64,000 nt of DNA, from NCBI GenBank assembly GCA_964291295.2, contig OZ219754.1, positions 832,001 to 896,000 on the forward strand, in the 5' to 3' direction. Under the pieces are notes generated by a model. That model did not search any database. It saw only the letters and a program-made list of their open reading frames with translations, and was not told the origin of the DNA. Position 1 is the stretch's first letter; the number at the start of each line of letters is the position of its first letter. Position numbers and translations under genes: made by a program. Below are positions 51,320 to 61,261 of the stretch, piece by piece. Origin of the DNA: an uncultured Candidatus Binatia bacterium (lineage in GTDB: Bacteria > Desulfobacterota > Binatia > UBA9968 > JAJDTQ01).

Positions 51320-51436
51320 TCACGAAGGAAAGATCTTCCTGATCAGGAGAATCAGCAGGCTCAGCAGCCACAGCACCAGCAGCGTGCCTATGCTGCCCAC
51401 CAGCGCCACCGTGAGGCCGAATTCCCAAGTGCCCAT
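51320..51436 (-). CDS. 38-aa membrane peptide, OadG/MmdD-like subunit
   Basis: Manual translation MGTWEFGLTVALVGSIGTLLVLWLLSLLILLIRKIFPS; single TM between the biotin carrier and oadB; below the ORF-track cutoff. Confidence 0.7.
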   Translation of the reverse strand: MGTWEFGLTVALVGSIGTLLVLWLLSLLILLIRKIFPS

Positions 51437-51469
51437 TGCCAACCGTGCGGTGTGTGCGCGGACGCGCGG

Positions 51470-51685
51470 CTACTCGATCTCGGCGAGTTCCTCCCCCGCC
51501 TCCACCGACTGCCCGACCTCGACGTTGATCGTCTTGACCGTCCCGTTGGCCGGAGCCACCACGGGAATCTCCATCTTCATGGCCTCCATCACCACGACCA
51601 CGTCGTCCTCTTCCACGGCCTGGCCGGGATTAGCCTCGATCCTCAGAATCTTGCCTACCATGGGTGCTGTGACGGAGGTTGCCAA
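51470..51685 (-). CDS. Biotin carboxyl carrier protein
   Basis: EAMKME biotinylation motif; RBS AAGGAG before TTG. Confidence 0.92.
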   Translation of the reverse strand: MATSVTAPMVGKILRIEANPGQAVEEDDVVVVMEAMKMEIPVVAPANGTVKTINVEVGQSVEAGEELAEIE

Positions 51686-52501
51686 TGGATGTTCTCCTTG
51701 CCTTGAAGTTGGTTCTGAGATGTTTGCCCTGAAACCAGCCGTGGAATTTCAGCCCTGGAATATCTCCTGAGGCTCGCTCCGAGACGTCGTCTCAAGGCTC
51801 GTGCCGAGATCAGCCCCGCGCGTTGCCCTGAGGTGTTTGTCCCCGGACTCCCGGCCCCGAACAGATCCTGGCCAACTCCTGGCCCCGCGGCAGCCCGAGT
51901 CCGGATGGCCCAAGGTTTTCCCTTTATCCAGGTTTTACGGCGGCAAGTCAAACGAGACGAGACCTCGTTCCGTTCCAGCCCGGGTTCAACCGGCCGGGGG
52001 GCGCCATCGGACCCCTGCGGCAGGGACTGCCGGCGCCCCCCGGGCAGTTGCCACGATGTGCCGGTCCGTTTCCGGCGTCGGAGCAGCGCAGGATGCCCGA
52101 TTCCCTCGATATCCCGTTATCCCGAATCCTGCGAAACCCCGGGCAGGGCCGCGTCCGGGCTTGCATTCCCGCGCGCCAATGGACACAGTCAAGGCCGGAC
52201 GTCTTCAGGACTCGTCAAGGGGTAGCGGGAAACCGTGGAAGGGACGCGGTCGGGACGGTCCTTGGCCTCCCTGCGGTCGCCGGCGTCACGACCGCCGCCG
52301 CCCGCATGCGCCCGGCGGACCCCCGAACCCGTCACGAACCCGAAGACGGCCGTTGTTTCGAATGGTTTCGAATGCCGTCAAGGCGGAATCCGCGGCTGCG
52401 GACCACTGCGCGCCGACGGGTGGCACCCCGGGATCGTGATGGACGGCCCGCCTCTGATCGACCACGAAGCCCGCGCGCGGATGAGCCGGATCAGGAGACC
52501 G

Positions 52502-53860
52502 ATGCATTTCAAGGCCGTATCGCGCACACTGACGCTGCTGTTCCTGTTCGCCGGGATATCCTCTGGCCCGGCCCAGGAGACGGCAGATCCTTTCGAGTCC
52601 CGCGAGAAGGAGGCGCTCCAGTTCATGAGGGGCCGGCAGTTCGGAGAGGCGCTGCCCATATTCCGCGATCTGGTGCGGCTGCGACCGGACCGCAGGGATC
52701 TGCAATTTCTCAGGGGAATGGCGGCCTTGCAGCATTCGCTGCAAGGGGAGATGGGGCTGGCCGACCGCGAAGCTCTTGTCGATGAAGCCATAGCGACCTT
52801 TCGGGCGATGCTCATTGAACAGCCGGGCCTGGTGCGCGTGCGCCTGGAGTTGGCCCGGGCCTTCTTCTACAAAGGTGAGGACGGCCTGTCGCAGGATCAC
52901 TTCGAGCGTGTGCTGGCGGGCAACCCGCCGGCGCCGGTGGTGGCCAATGTGAGGCGGTTCCTTGCCCTCATTCGCGCACGTCGCCGCTGGAACATGCATC
53001 TGGGCTTCGCGTTGGCGCCGGACACCAATATCGGGGGCGGCTCGGACAAGCGGTACATCTACATCGGGGGGCTGCGGTTCCGCAGGAACGAGGAATCGTT
53101 GACCAAGTCGGGCATCGGTCTGTCGGTCTGGGGTGGCGGAGAATACCAGCATCCGCTGGGTGAGCGCGTGCGGCTCCGCCTCGGCATGGACGCATCGCGG
53201 CGGGAGTATTCGGGGTCGAAATTCGACAGCATGCTGGTGTCCTTGTACTTGGGTCCGAGGACCCTGATGAGCCCGAATACGGAGTTCAGCGTCCTGGGCA
53301 ACTGGCGCCATCGGTGGAGCGCCAAAGACTCCGAATATTTCGACTTGGGCGGGCAACTCGCGGTGGCACACCGGTTGACCCGGCGGGTTGTGGTCAGCGG
53401 ACGGGCATCGCGGCATGAGCGCCGGTACCACACGGACAAGGCACTCGACGGACCTGTGCAGGATTTCTCACTGAGCGCCAGCTGGGTGCTCACGCCCACC
53501 ATGCGCCTCGATGCCACCACCGGATACGGGTATAACCGGCCCGACACACGGAGACACCGAAACAGGAGTATCCTGCTGCAGACGAGGTTGTCCGTAGCCT
53601 TGCCGAAGGGCTTCACCGTGGGGGGAGGCGGGGGCGTTCGCTGGACGGCTTACCAGGGCGACTGGTTCCCGCACACGCCCAGCGGCATTTCCCGCGACGA
53701 CAGGACCTACAACCTGCGAGCGTCGGTGCACAACCGCGCCCTCACCTTCTTCGGGTTCAGCCCGGAGGTGTCGTTGATACACGAGGTGCGCAAGACCAAC
53801 GCACAGCTCTACGACTACAAGAGGACCGGCGGAGAGTTGCGGGTGGTGCGGCAGTTCTAG
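52502..53860 (+). CDS. Slam / DUF560 outer-membrane protein (type XI secretion exporter); start may be upstream
   Basis: Signal peptide, TPR region with RVRLELARAFF, RRW...APDTNIGGG barrel start, alternating beta strands, terminal Phe (VRQF). Confidence 0.8.
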   Translation: MHFKAVSRTLTLLFLFAGISSGPAQETADPFESREKEALQFMRGRQFGEALPIFRDLVRLRPDRRDLQFLRGMAALQHSLQGEMGLADREALVDEAIATFRAMLIEQPGLVRVRLELARAFFYKGEDGLSQDHFERVLAGNPPAPVVANVRRFLALIRARRRWNMHLGFALAPDTNIGGGSDKRYIYIGGLRFRRNEESLTKSGIGLSVWGGGEYQHPLGERVRLRLGMDASRREYSGSKFDSMLVSLYLGPRTLMSPNTEFSVLGNWRHRWSAKDSEYFDLGGQLAVAHRLTRRVVVSGRASRHERRYHTDKALDGPVQDFSLSASWVLTPTMRLDATTGYGYNRPDTRRHRNRSILLQTRLSVALPKGFTVGGGGGVRWTAYQGDWFPHTPSGISRDDRTYNLRASVHNRALTFFGFSPEVSLIHEVRKTNAQLYDYKRTGGELRVVRQF

Positions 53861-54028
53861 CGGTGTGTCTCATGAATGGCCTTGCAGTCCGCGATTTCGC
53901 GCAGGATGGTTTTGCGCAGGATGGAGTGGACGGATGTGTTCCGGACGAAAGGCTTGGGATTGGCATTGTGGCAAGCCAAGTAGTGCTTGATGGCGGCAAT
54001 CCGTTCCGGGACGCTGCGAAAGACGCCG
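53858..54028 (-). mobile_element. IS630-family transposase 3' remnant with terminal end (left copy)
   Basis: GVFRSVPERIAAIKHYLACHNANPKPFV...ILRKT..CKAIHETHR*; inverted copy of 55314-55469; ends at TA. Confidence 0.8.
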
Positions 54029-54041
54029 GGGAACCCGCCCG

Positions 54042-55007
54042 GTGAGCCTTCCGACGACGCCCCACGATGCGCTGTTCCGGGCACTGGTCTCCGAGCCGGC
54101 CCGCGCTGCTGCGCTGCTCGCACAATACCTGCCGCAAGAAGTCGCCGCTCTCCTCGACCCCGAGGCCCCGCCCGAGGCGGTGGAGGGCCACTTCGTGGAC
54201 GAGGACGCCGCGCGGACCCAGTGCGATGCGCTGTTCCGGGTGAGACTGAGGAGCGGCCACGATGCGCGGCTCTATGTGCTGCTCGAACACAAGAGCCGCG
54301 TCGACGCGGACACGCCGCTCCAACTCCTGAAATACATGGTCAACATCTGGCGCCGCGAGGTCGAGAATGGCGCTGGCGGGGACCGGCTGCCGGCGATCAT
54401 TCCGCTGGTTTTCTACCACGGTCGGGGCCGCTGGACCGCGGCGCGCTCGGTGCCGGGGATGATCGACGCGCCCGGGGAGTTGGAGCCTTTCGTCAGGGAG
54501 TTCGCCTATGTGCTGCATGACCTTGGCGAGATTGCGCCAGGGCGGTTGTCGGTCTCGCCCGAAGTGCGGGCCGGGCTTCTGGCGCTCAAGGTGGTATATG
54601 CCGAGGACATACCGACGGATCTTCTGGACCAGATGACGGGCGGGCCGGTTGCAGGGAGCGCGTTCGAGCGTCATATTGTGCGTTACATGGCCGAGTGCAT
54701 GAACCTGACGCCGCCCTTGCTGGAGGCGTCGCTGCGCCGGACAAAGCCGGACCGTTGGGAGGCGCTGATGGGAACAGTCGCGCAAGCCTGGATCGAACAG
54801 GGAATCGAACAGGGAATCGAACGAGGCCGGATACAGGCCTTGGCGGAGCTTCTTCTTCGTCAACTGGCGTTGCGTTTCGGTGATGTGCCGGATGCGGTGG
54901 GCGAGCGGGTTCGCCGTGCGTCGGCCTCCGAACTGGAGGCTTGGGCGGAGGCCGTGCTGGTGGCGGCGAGCCTCGACGAGGTGCTGGCCGCCACGCCCGG
55001 GCGCTGA
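54042..55007 (+). CDS. Rpn/YhgA-like PD-(D/E)XK nuclease with DUF4351-like C-terminus
   Basis: PHDALFR, CDALF, LLEHKS, IIPLVFYHG...W, IEQG repeats, LRFG. Confidence 0.9.
   Translation: MSLPTTPHDALFRALVSEPARAAALLAQYLPQEVAALLDPEAPPEAVEGHFVDEDAARTQCDALFRVRLRSGHDARLYVLLEHKSRVDADTPLQLLKYMVNIWRREVENGAGGDRLPAIIPLVFYHGRGRWTAARSVPGMIDAPGELEPFVREFAYVLHDLGEIAPGRLSVSPEVRAGLLALKVVYAEDIPTDLLDQMTGGPVAGSAFERHIVRYMAECMNLTPPLLEASLRRTKPDRWEALMGTVAQAWIEQGIEQGIERGRIQALAELLLRQLALRFGDVPDAVGERVRRASASELEAWAEAVLVAASLDEVLAATPGR
54768..55007 (+). CDS. Internal in-frame small protein (RpnS-like antitoxin, 79 aa)
   Basis: GGAGG at 54758-54762, 5 nt before in-frame ATG; MGTVAQAWIEQGIEQG... Confidence 0.6.
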   Translation: MGTVAQAWIEQGIEQGIERGRIQALAELLLRQLALRFGDVPDAVGERVRRASASELEAWAEAVLVAASLDEVLAATPGR

Positions 55008-55070
55008 GACCGTAGCCGCCAGCGGGCCGGCCGCGGCACGGTCGGGGGCGGTCGTACCTGGACGAAGCGC

Positions 55071-55469
55071 CTTCATCGGTCCGCATCGGCATCAGGAGTT
55101 CCTGAAGTTCCTGCGGCGCCTCCACCGTGCCTTCCCGCGCGACCCGACCCGGCACATCATCCTGGACAATCATGGAACTCACCGGCATGAAGCGCTGCGC
55201 CGGTGGCTGGCTGCTCACCCGCGATTCCGACTCCATTTCACGCCCACCCGCACCTCCTGGCTCAATCTCGTCGAAAGTGGGTTCGCAAAGCTGACTCCCC
55301 AACGTCTGCGCCGCGGTGTCTTTCGCAGCGTCCCGGAACGGATTGTGGCCATCAAGCACTCCTTGGCTGGCCACAATGCCAATCCCAGGCCTTTCGTCCG
55401 GACCACATCCGTCAATCCATCCTGCGCAAAATCGCAGACTGTAGGGCCATTCATGAGACATACCATTAG
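55071..55469 (+). mobile_element. IS630-family transposase C-terminal remnant (right copy)
   Basis: HRHQEFLKFLRRL, HIILDNHGTH, HFTPTRTSWLNLVE, RRGVFRSV; frameshift near the end; ends at TA. Confidence 0.88.
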
Positions 55470-55954
55470 CGGCGGGCCGCTCCCGACCCGTGGCTCCGGT
55501 GTTCGCGGACGTTATCGTCCCAGGGGTCGTAGCTGCCGAAGCACCAGAGATTGCCTTCCGGATCGCGGCAGCAGTAAAGCCGACCCCCGTATTCCTGGTC
55601 CTCCGGCGCCATGACCACCTCGGCGCCCGCCGCCGCGGCTCTGGCATGGTGCGCGTCCACGTCGGAGACGATGAGATAGACCGTCTGCGACACCGGATCG
55701 TCGGACTTGGCCAGGGGCCGGTGAACTGTCCCGTAGTCATCCTCCCGGGCGGAGCCGAGCATCACCATGCCGTTGCCGAACACGAGCTGGGCGTGTAGGA
55801 TGAGGCCGCCCTCGCCGGGCACCACCCGATGCCGCTCGAAGCCGAACGCCTCGCAGAGCCATTCGATGGCCTTGGGCGCGTCATGGTAGCGAAGCGCCGG
55901 AATGATCGTCGCCCGCGTGTCCTTCGGCAGACTGCGCATCGACAGACTGCGCAT
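55466..55954 (-). CDS. VOC/glyoxalase family protein
   Basis: IIPALRYHDAPKAIEWLCEAFGF, HAQL, DQEYGGR, RDPEGNLW; 15-bp tandem duplication at the start. Confidence 0.9.
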   Translation of the reverse strand: MRSLSMRSLPKDTRATIIPALRYHDAPKAIEWLCEAFGFERHRVVPGEGGLILHAQLVFGNGMVMLGSAREDDYGTVHRPLAKSDDPVSQTVYLIVSDVDAHHARAAAAGAEVVMAPEDQEYGGRLYCCRDPEGNLWCFGSYDPWDDNVREHRSHGSGAARR

Positions 55955-56065
55955 CGAGTTTCTCCTTTCTCTTCCCGTCCGTTTCGTCCTCTTCCCTGAT
56001 TGGGGTCACCGTTGCATGACGTGTCACGGGCGCCAGGCGGTGTCACAGGCGCCAGGCCGGGCCGC

Positions 56066-57385
56066 TCACACCAGCAGCGCGTTCACCCCGGCCAGCACCA
56101 GGATGGAGCCGGCGGCGAACAGGGTGGAGAACTTGAGGTTGGGGCCCAGGATGACTTTGCCCGGGGGGACCCGGAACAGGGTGGCGGCCGTGCCGACCAT
56201 GATGGCGGAGAGGCCGATCATGGACGAGCAGGACCAGGCCGCCAGGGTGCTCTCGATGAGCACCACGCCCGCCACCCGAACCGGCAGGTCCGAGAACACC
56301 GTCAGGAGCAACGACACCGACACGATCTGGTGCACCCCGGCCAGGGCACCGAGGGACGGCGCGCCGATCATGATGGCGATGACGGCGATGGCGGGCAGGT
56401 CGAGGCCGCCGATCCAGGCAGTGGTCCCGGTCTGCGCGAAAACGTGCCGGACGACTCCGCCCAGGGCCAGCGAGATGGTCAGGATGGTGATCTCGTTGCC
56501 GATGAAGGCGGTTCCCCGCCAAGTGTCGGCCAAGGTGGCCGCGAACGCCCGCCGGCCTTTTCCCGAGAACGCCAGCGCGCACAGGACGGGCACGCTCACG
56601 ATCAGCGCCTCCAGCCCGGACAGCGCCGTGAGGCCGGACAGGAGCGCCACCGACAGAACGCAGAACGCGACCGGCGGGACCATGGGCTGGAGGCTCCGCA
56701 GCGCGCGCCACAGCAGGGTCAGGCCCGGTTCCGGGGCAAAGAGCAGGTGGGAGGCGGCCAACGCGCAGGCGGCCATGGCCATGCCCAGCGCCATGGTGTG
56801 CCACAGCGGCACCCCCGGCACGTACTGCGACGACAGCGCCATGGCGATCCAGAACGGCGACCACAGGCCCGCGAGGCCGCCGCCGCGGTGGCAGGCGCGC
56901 ATGGCGGCGAGGTGCTCCTCCTCCACCTTGCTCCGGCCCACGATGGGGGCGGTGACGGCGTAGGCGCCGGGTCCCAGCACCGCAGCCAGGAGGTGGCTGC
57001 CCACCAGGAAGCCGCCCAGGCGATGGTCGGGCTTGAGTTGCCCGAACAGTTCCCGCGCCCGGGTCATCTGCCGGAGCCGCTCCCCGGTGGCGCGCAACAG
57101 CACGATGGTGCCGAAAAAGGCCGCGAACAGGGGCGCCGCCCTGAAGCCCGTCAGCACCGTGGACGCGCCGCCGTAGACCAGGATGAGGAGAACGGCCAAG
57201 GCGGCGAGCGTGCCGCAAAGCACGAGGGTCGACCGGCGCAGGAACACCAGCACCCGCATCAGGTACAATGCCGCGAGCACCACCCCGGCCAGGTCCATGG
57301 CCGGTGACGGCCAAGCCATCCGCAGGACTTGGCATCCCCACAGCAGCACCACCAGGGTCTCCGCCCGCGCGAGTTGTTTCAACAT
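56066..57385 (-). CDS. Multi-pass membrane protein, putative transporter
   Basis: Many hydrophobic segments, RGGGLAGLWSPF and GVHQ motifs. Confidence 0.65.
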   Translation of the reverse strand: MLKQLARAETLVVLLWGCQVLRMAWPSPAMDLAGVVLAALYLMRVLVFLRRSTLVLCGTLAALAVLLILVYGGASTVLTGFRAAPLFAAFFGTIVLLRATGERLRQMTRARELFGQLKPDHRLGGFLVGSHLLAAVLGPGAYAVTAPIVGRSKVEEEHLAAMRACHRGGGLAGLWSPFWIAMALSSQYVPGVPLWHTMALGMAMAACALAASHLLFAPEPGLTLLWRALRSLQPMVPPVAFCVLSVALLSGLTALSGLEALIVSVPVLCALAFSGKGRRAFAATLADTWRGTAFIGNEITILTISLALGGVVRHVFAQTGTTAWIGGLDLPAIAVIAIMIGAPSLGALAGVHQIVSVSLLLTVFSDLPVRVAGVVLIESTLAAWSCSSMIGLSAIMVGTAATLFRVPPGKVILGPNLKFSTLFAAGSILVLAGVNALLV

Positions 57386-57606
57386 CGAACGGCTCTGTCG
57401 TCTGGCGAAACGCGACAGCCGTGCCCGGGTCTGTTACGAATATCGGCACGGAGACTGCCGTTGCGGAGAATACCGGTACGGGCATTGCCGGCACGGACAC
57501 GCCGAAGCCGACGTTCGCGCGAAAGCGTGCCGCGGCTTCCCGCACCGGCGGGACCTGCGGCGAAATGAACGACGGCGGAATGCGAGGCCGCCCCCTGGAG
57601 CGACAC

Positions 57607-59922
57607 ATGACGCAGACTTACATCGGGACGCCCATCCGGCGCGGTGAAGACATTCGTTTTCTGACCGGCAAGGCCACATTCATCGACGATGTGAAGTTGC
57701 CCGGGATGCTGCATGCGGCCGTCCTGCGGAGCCCGCACGCGCACGCCCGCATCCGGGCGGTGGACGTGTCGGAGGCCCTGAAGCTGCCGGGGGTCGTCCG
57801 CGTTCTCACCTTTGTCGATTTGCCCGCGGGCGTCAAGCCGATCCCGCTGCGCATGTACCCGCTGGAGGGGCTGGATCGCTTCCTGCAGTATCCGCTGGCC
57901 CGGGGCAAGGTCGCTTATGTGGGTGAGCCGGTGGCGCTGGTGGCGGCGGTGGACCGCTACGTGGCCGAAGACGGGGCCGATCGGGTCCAGGTGGAATACG
58001 AGCCTCTGGAGGTGGTGGCCGACATCGACGCGGCGCTGCGCGGCGACGTTGTCATCCACGAAGAGCAGGGCACGAATGTGGCCGGCGGCCACGAGTTCAG
58101 ACTGGGAGACGTGGAAGGGGCATTCCGCGACGCCGAGTACACGCGCAAGGAGGTGCTGCGGACGCACCGCCACACCGGCAATCCCATGGAGACCCGCGGC
58201 CTGGTGGCGTCCTGCGACGCGGGCCGCAACGAGGTGACGGTGTGGGGGATGACGAAGGTGCCGCACTTCAACCGCGCGGTGCTGTCGTCGCTGCTGGAGC
58301 TGCCGGAGCATCGCATCCACTTCGTGGAGCCCGATGTGGGCGGTGGTTTCGGCATCCGCGGCGAGTTCTACCCGGAGGACTTCCTGGTTCCCTGGGCGGC
58401 CATGAAGCTGGGGCGGCCGGTCAAGTGGATCGAGGACCGGCGCGAGCATCTGATGGCCGCCAACCATTCGCGGGAGGTGCGCTGCGAGCTGGAGGTGGCG
58501 GCACGGCGGGACGGCACGCTGCTGGGCATGCGCGCCCGCATTCACGGCGACATGGGCGCCTATATCCGCACCCACGGCGGACTGGTGCCGGTGTCCACGG
58601 CCGGGGTGTTGCCCGGGCCGTACCGGGTTCCCGCCTGCGAGGCCCGGATCCACTGCGTCATGACCAACAAGATGGGGGTGGGCACCTACCGCGCGCCCGG
58701 GCGCTACGAGTCCTGCTATTTCCGCGAGCGCATGCTCGACATGGTGGCCGAGGATCTGGGCATGGATCCGGTGGACCTGCGCCGCAAGAATCTGATCCGG
58801 CCCGAAGAGATCCCCTACGAGCTGGGGCCCACCCGGCCCGGCATCGCCTCCACCGTGTTCGACAGCGGTGACTATCCCCGGGCGCTGGAGCAGGCGCTGG
58901 AAAGCTTCGGATGGGAACGGTTGCAACCGCTTCAGGGGACGAAGCGGGACGGGCGCTACCATGGCCTGGGTATCGGCTGGTTCGTGAAGAACACCGGTCT
59001 CGGCCCCTCCGAGGGCGCGCGCATCGCCGTCACCGGCCCCGAGAGCGTGGCCGTCTACCTGGGCATCGCCACCTTGGGTCAGGGCCACGAGACGGTGATG
59101 GCGCAGATCTGCGCCGACGCCCTGGGCGTACCCATGGAATGGATCACCGTGTTCCACGGCAGCACCGACTTGATGCCCTGGGGCGGCGGCACCTACTCGA
59201 GCCGCGGTACGGTCATGGCCGGCAATGCCGTGCATCTGACCGCCGGAGCGCTCAGGAATCGGTTGCTGGAGGTGGCGGCGCGGCGCCTGGAGACGGATCC
59301 CGCGGGCTTGGAGTTCCGTTCCGGATCGGTCCGGGCCGCGGGAACGGCGCCGCCGCTGCTGAATCTGGGACAGCTGCTGGAGATGACGAAGCCGGGCGCG
59401 GCGGCGGGCGGCGCGCCCGGCCTTGAAGCCACGGAGTACTTCCATACAGACCAACTCACCTACACCTACGGCGGCCACCTGGCGCACGTGGCAGTGGACC
59501 CGGAAACGGGCATGGTGGAGATCCTGCGTTATCTCGTGCTGGAAGATGTGGGCCGCTGTATCAATCCGCTGCTGGTGCACGGTCAGGCCTTGGGGGCCGC
59601 GGCCCAGGGCATCGGCGGCACGCTGCTGGAGGAGCTCGTTTACAACGAGGACGGCCAGTTGTTGACCACCACCCTGCTGGACTACCCGCTGCCCTCCAGC
59701 ATGGAGATCCCGCCGCTGGAGAGCATCGTCACCGAGTACTCGCCGTCGCCCCTGAATCCCCTGGGCGTCAAGGGCGCCGGCGAAGGCGGCATCGTCGCTT
59801 GCGGCGCCGCCCTGGCCAACGCGGTCTCCCACGCCCTGTCGCCGCTGGGCGTCCGGATCCGGGAACTGCCGCTCAGCCCGGACCGGTTGCGGGCGCTGAT
59901 CAGGGAGGCGGACCGCGGATAG
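57607..59922 (+). CDS. Xanthine dehydrogenase/CoxL-family molybdopterin-binding subunit
   Basis: REDxR-like GEDIRFLTG, LRSPHAHA, DVGGGFG, GQGHET, KGAGEGG; loop TYRAPGR. Confidence 0.92.
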   Translation: MTQTYIGTPIRRGEDIRFLTGKATFIDDVKLPGMLHAAVLRSPHAHARIRAVDVSEALKLPGVVRVLTFVDLPAGVKPIPLRMYPLEGLDRFLQYPLARGKVAYVGEPVALVAAVDRYVAEDGADRVQVEYEPLEVVADIDAALRGDVVIHEEQGTNVAGGHEFRLGDVEGAFRDAEYTRKEVLRTHRHTGNPMETRGLVASCDAGRNEVTVWGMTKVPHFNRAVLSSLLELPEHRIHFVEPDVGGGFGIRGEFYPEDFLVPWAAMKLGRPVKWIEDRREHLMAANHSREVRCELEVAARRDGTLLGMRARIHGDMGAYIRTHGGLVPVSTAGVLPGPYRVPACEARIHCVMTNKMGVGTYRAPGRYESCYFRERMLDMVAEDLGMDPVDLRRKNLIRPEEIPYELGPTRPGIASTVFDSGDYPRALEQALESFGWERLQPLQGTKRDGRYHGLGIGWFVKNTGLGPSEGARIAVTGPESVAVYLGIATLGQGHETVMAQICADALGVPMEWITVFHGSTDLMPWGGGTYSSRGTVMAGNAVHLTAGALRNRLLEVAARRLETDPAGLEFRSGSVRAAGTAPPLLNLGQLLEMTKPGAAAGGAPGLEATEYFHTDQLTYTYGGHLAHVAVDPETGMVEILRYLVLEDVGRCINPLLVHGQALGAAAQGIGGTLLEELVYNEDGQLLTTTLLDYPLPSSMEIPPLESIVTEYSPSPLNPLGVKGAGEGGIVACGAALANAVSHALSPLGVRIRELPLSPDRLRALIREADRG

Positions 59923-60109
59923 GGGCGCCCCGGGTGTTGGCGCCGATGCCCCGGAACATGTCGTGCCCGCAGTCCCCGAGCGCGGCCCGTGCCGTTCCGG
60001 ATGTCGAGGTCGGCCCTCTTCCGGAGCCACCGGGCGTGATCCTTCGTGAGGGTGTCGATGGACTGTTCGGAAAGGTCTGAACAGATGGAAGACGGCCCGA
60101 ATCGCCGGC

Positions 60110-61147
60110 CTATCGCAGCATGATCTCGGCCCTGCGCTCGATCCGGAAAGGCCCTGCCGGCGACTCTCCGGAGACGATGAACTCCGCGCGGTAAACGCCC
60201 GGCTGCCATCTCCCGGACTTTCGGCGCTTGCCGGCATAGGCGAAATAGCGCGCCCGGTCTTTGTCGAGCGAATGCCGGTTGCGGAACAGGATGCGGCCGT
60301 CCGGGCCGGCGATGGTAGTCTCGATCAACGTGCCCGAAAGCGCGCCCAGCAGGACCGTGTACCCGACGAGCGCCGGCGCGTTCACCGGTGCGGCCTGCGG
60401 GTAGCCGTCATGCAGCGCCCGCACCTGCTCGGGAACCTCCGTCGCCAGGCCGGCGCGATGGACAATCGTCTGCGTGTAGCGCGCCGGATATTCGGAGGTC
60501 CGCCATAGCGCCGTCTCCGTCCGGCCCGAGGCAGCGCAGCGCGGCGGGTCGGCGGGCTGTGCGCCGCCGAACGGATCGACCGGCCGGCCATGCCTTTCAA
60601 GCTGGAAATGCAGATGCGGAAGCTCCGCCAGGCCGGAACTTCCGGTCCGCCCCAGCTCGTCTCCCGCCGAGACCCGCGCGCCCTCGCGCACCGTGACGCT
60701 CCCGCGCTGCAGATGGCAGTATTGGGTCGTCCAGCCGCCTCCGTGGTCCAGGCGCACGCCGTTGCCGCATTCCCTGCCTTCCCGGCTCGGGTCGAAGCCC
60801 CGCACCGGACTGTCCACCATCCCGTCGCGCCGTCCCCGCACGACGCCGTCGGCCGCGGCGATGACAGGCAGCCGCGCGCCCGGATCGACGGGCGCGATAT
60901 CCGTTCCCTTGTGCCCCTCATAGGTCCGGAGCCCGCACCGGTAGTCCCGGTAGGCGGGCCCGGACTGGAGGTCCATGTAAGCGAAGAACCAGCAGTCCCG
61001 GCCGATCTCGCAGCGCACGGGAAAGAGGAGTTCCGGCGGATCCGCCGCCTGCGCGCACGCTCCCGCCAGGGCGGCGCCAACCGCCGCCAGCGCCATGGCG
61101 CGGCAAGTGCGCCGAAGGAGCCGCACAAGGCATTCCGGCATTTTCAT
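60110..61147 (-). CDS. M23 family metallopeptidase
   Basis: HKGTD, CGNGV..DH, YCHL, PHLHF. Confidence 0.88.
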   Translation of the reverse strand: MKMPECLVRLLRRTCRAMALAAVGAALAGACAQAADPPELLFPVRCEIGRDCWFFAYMDLQSGPAYRDYRCGLRTYEGHKGTDIAPVDPGARLPVIAAADGVVRGRRDGMVDSPVRGFDPSREGRECGNGVRLDHGGGWTTQYCHLQRGSVTVREGARVSAGDELGRTGSSGLAELPHLHFQLERHGRPVDPFGGAQPADPPRCAASGRTETALWRTSEYPARYTQTIVHRAGLATEVPEQVRALHDGYPQAAPVNAPALVGYTVLLGALSGTLIETTIAGPDGRILFRNRHSLDKDRARYFAYAGKRRKSGRWQPGVYRAEFIVSGESPAGPFRIERRAEIMLR

Positions 61148-61261
61148 TGTCAACCCGCCGATTTCATGTTTCGAGAATACCCCATCGTTCACCTCTCTCA
61201 GGATCTGCCTCGTCCGGCAAAAAACCGAAACGCCTGCCATGTCTCTCTCACGACCTCTCTC

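Noticed and set aside
57425-57505. Loose repeat encoding YRHG/CR-like units upstream of the molybdoenzyme
   Set aside because: Too degenerate, no RBS or start; cannot distinguish from chance
57607-59922. Aerobic CO dehydrogenase large subunit
   Set aside because: Active-site loop is TYRAPGR, not AYRCSFR; no coxM/coxS adjacent
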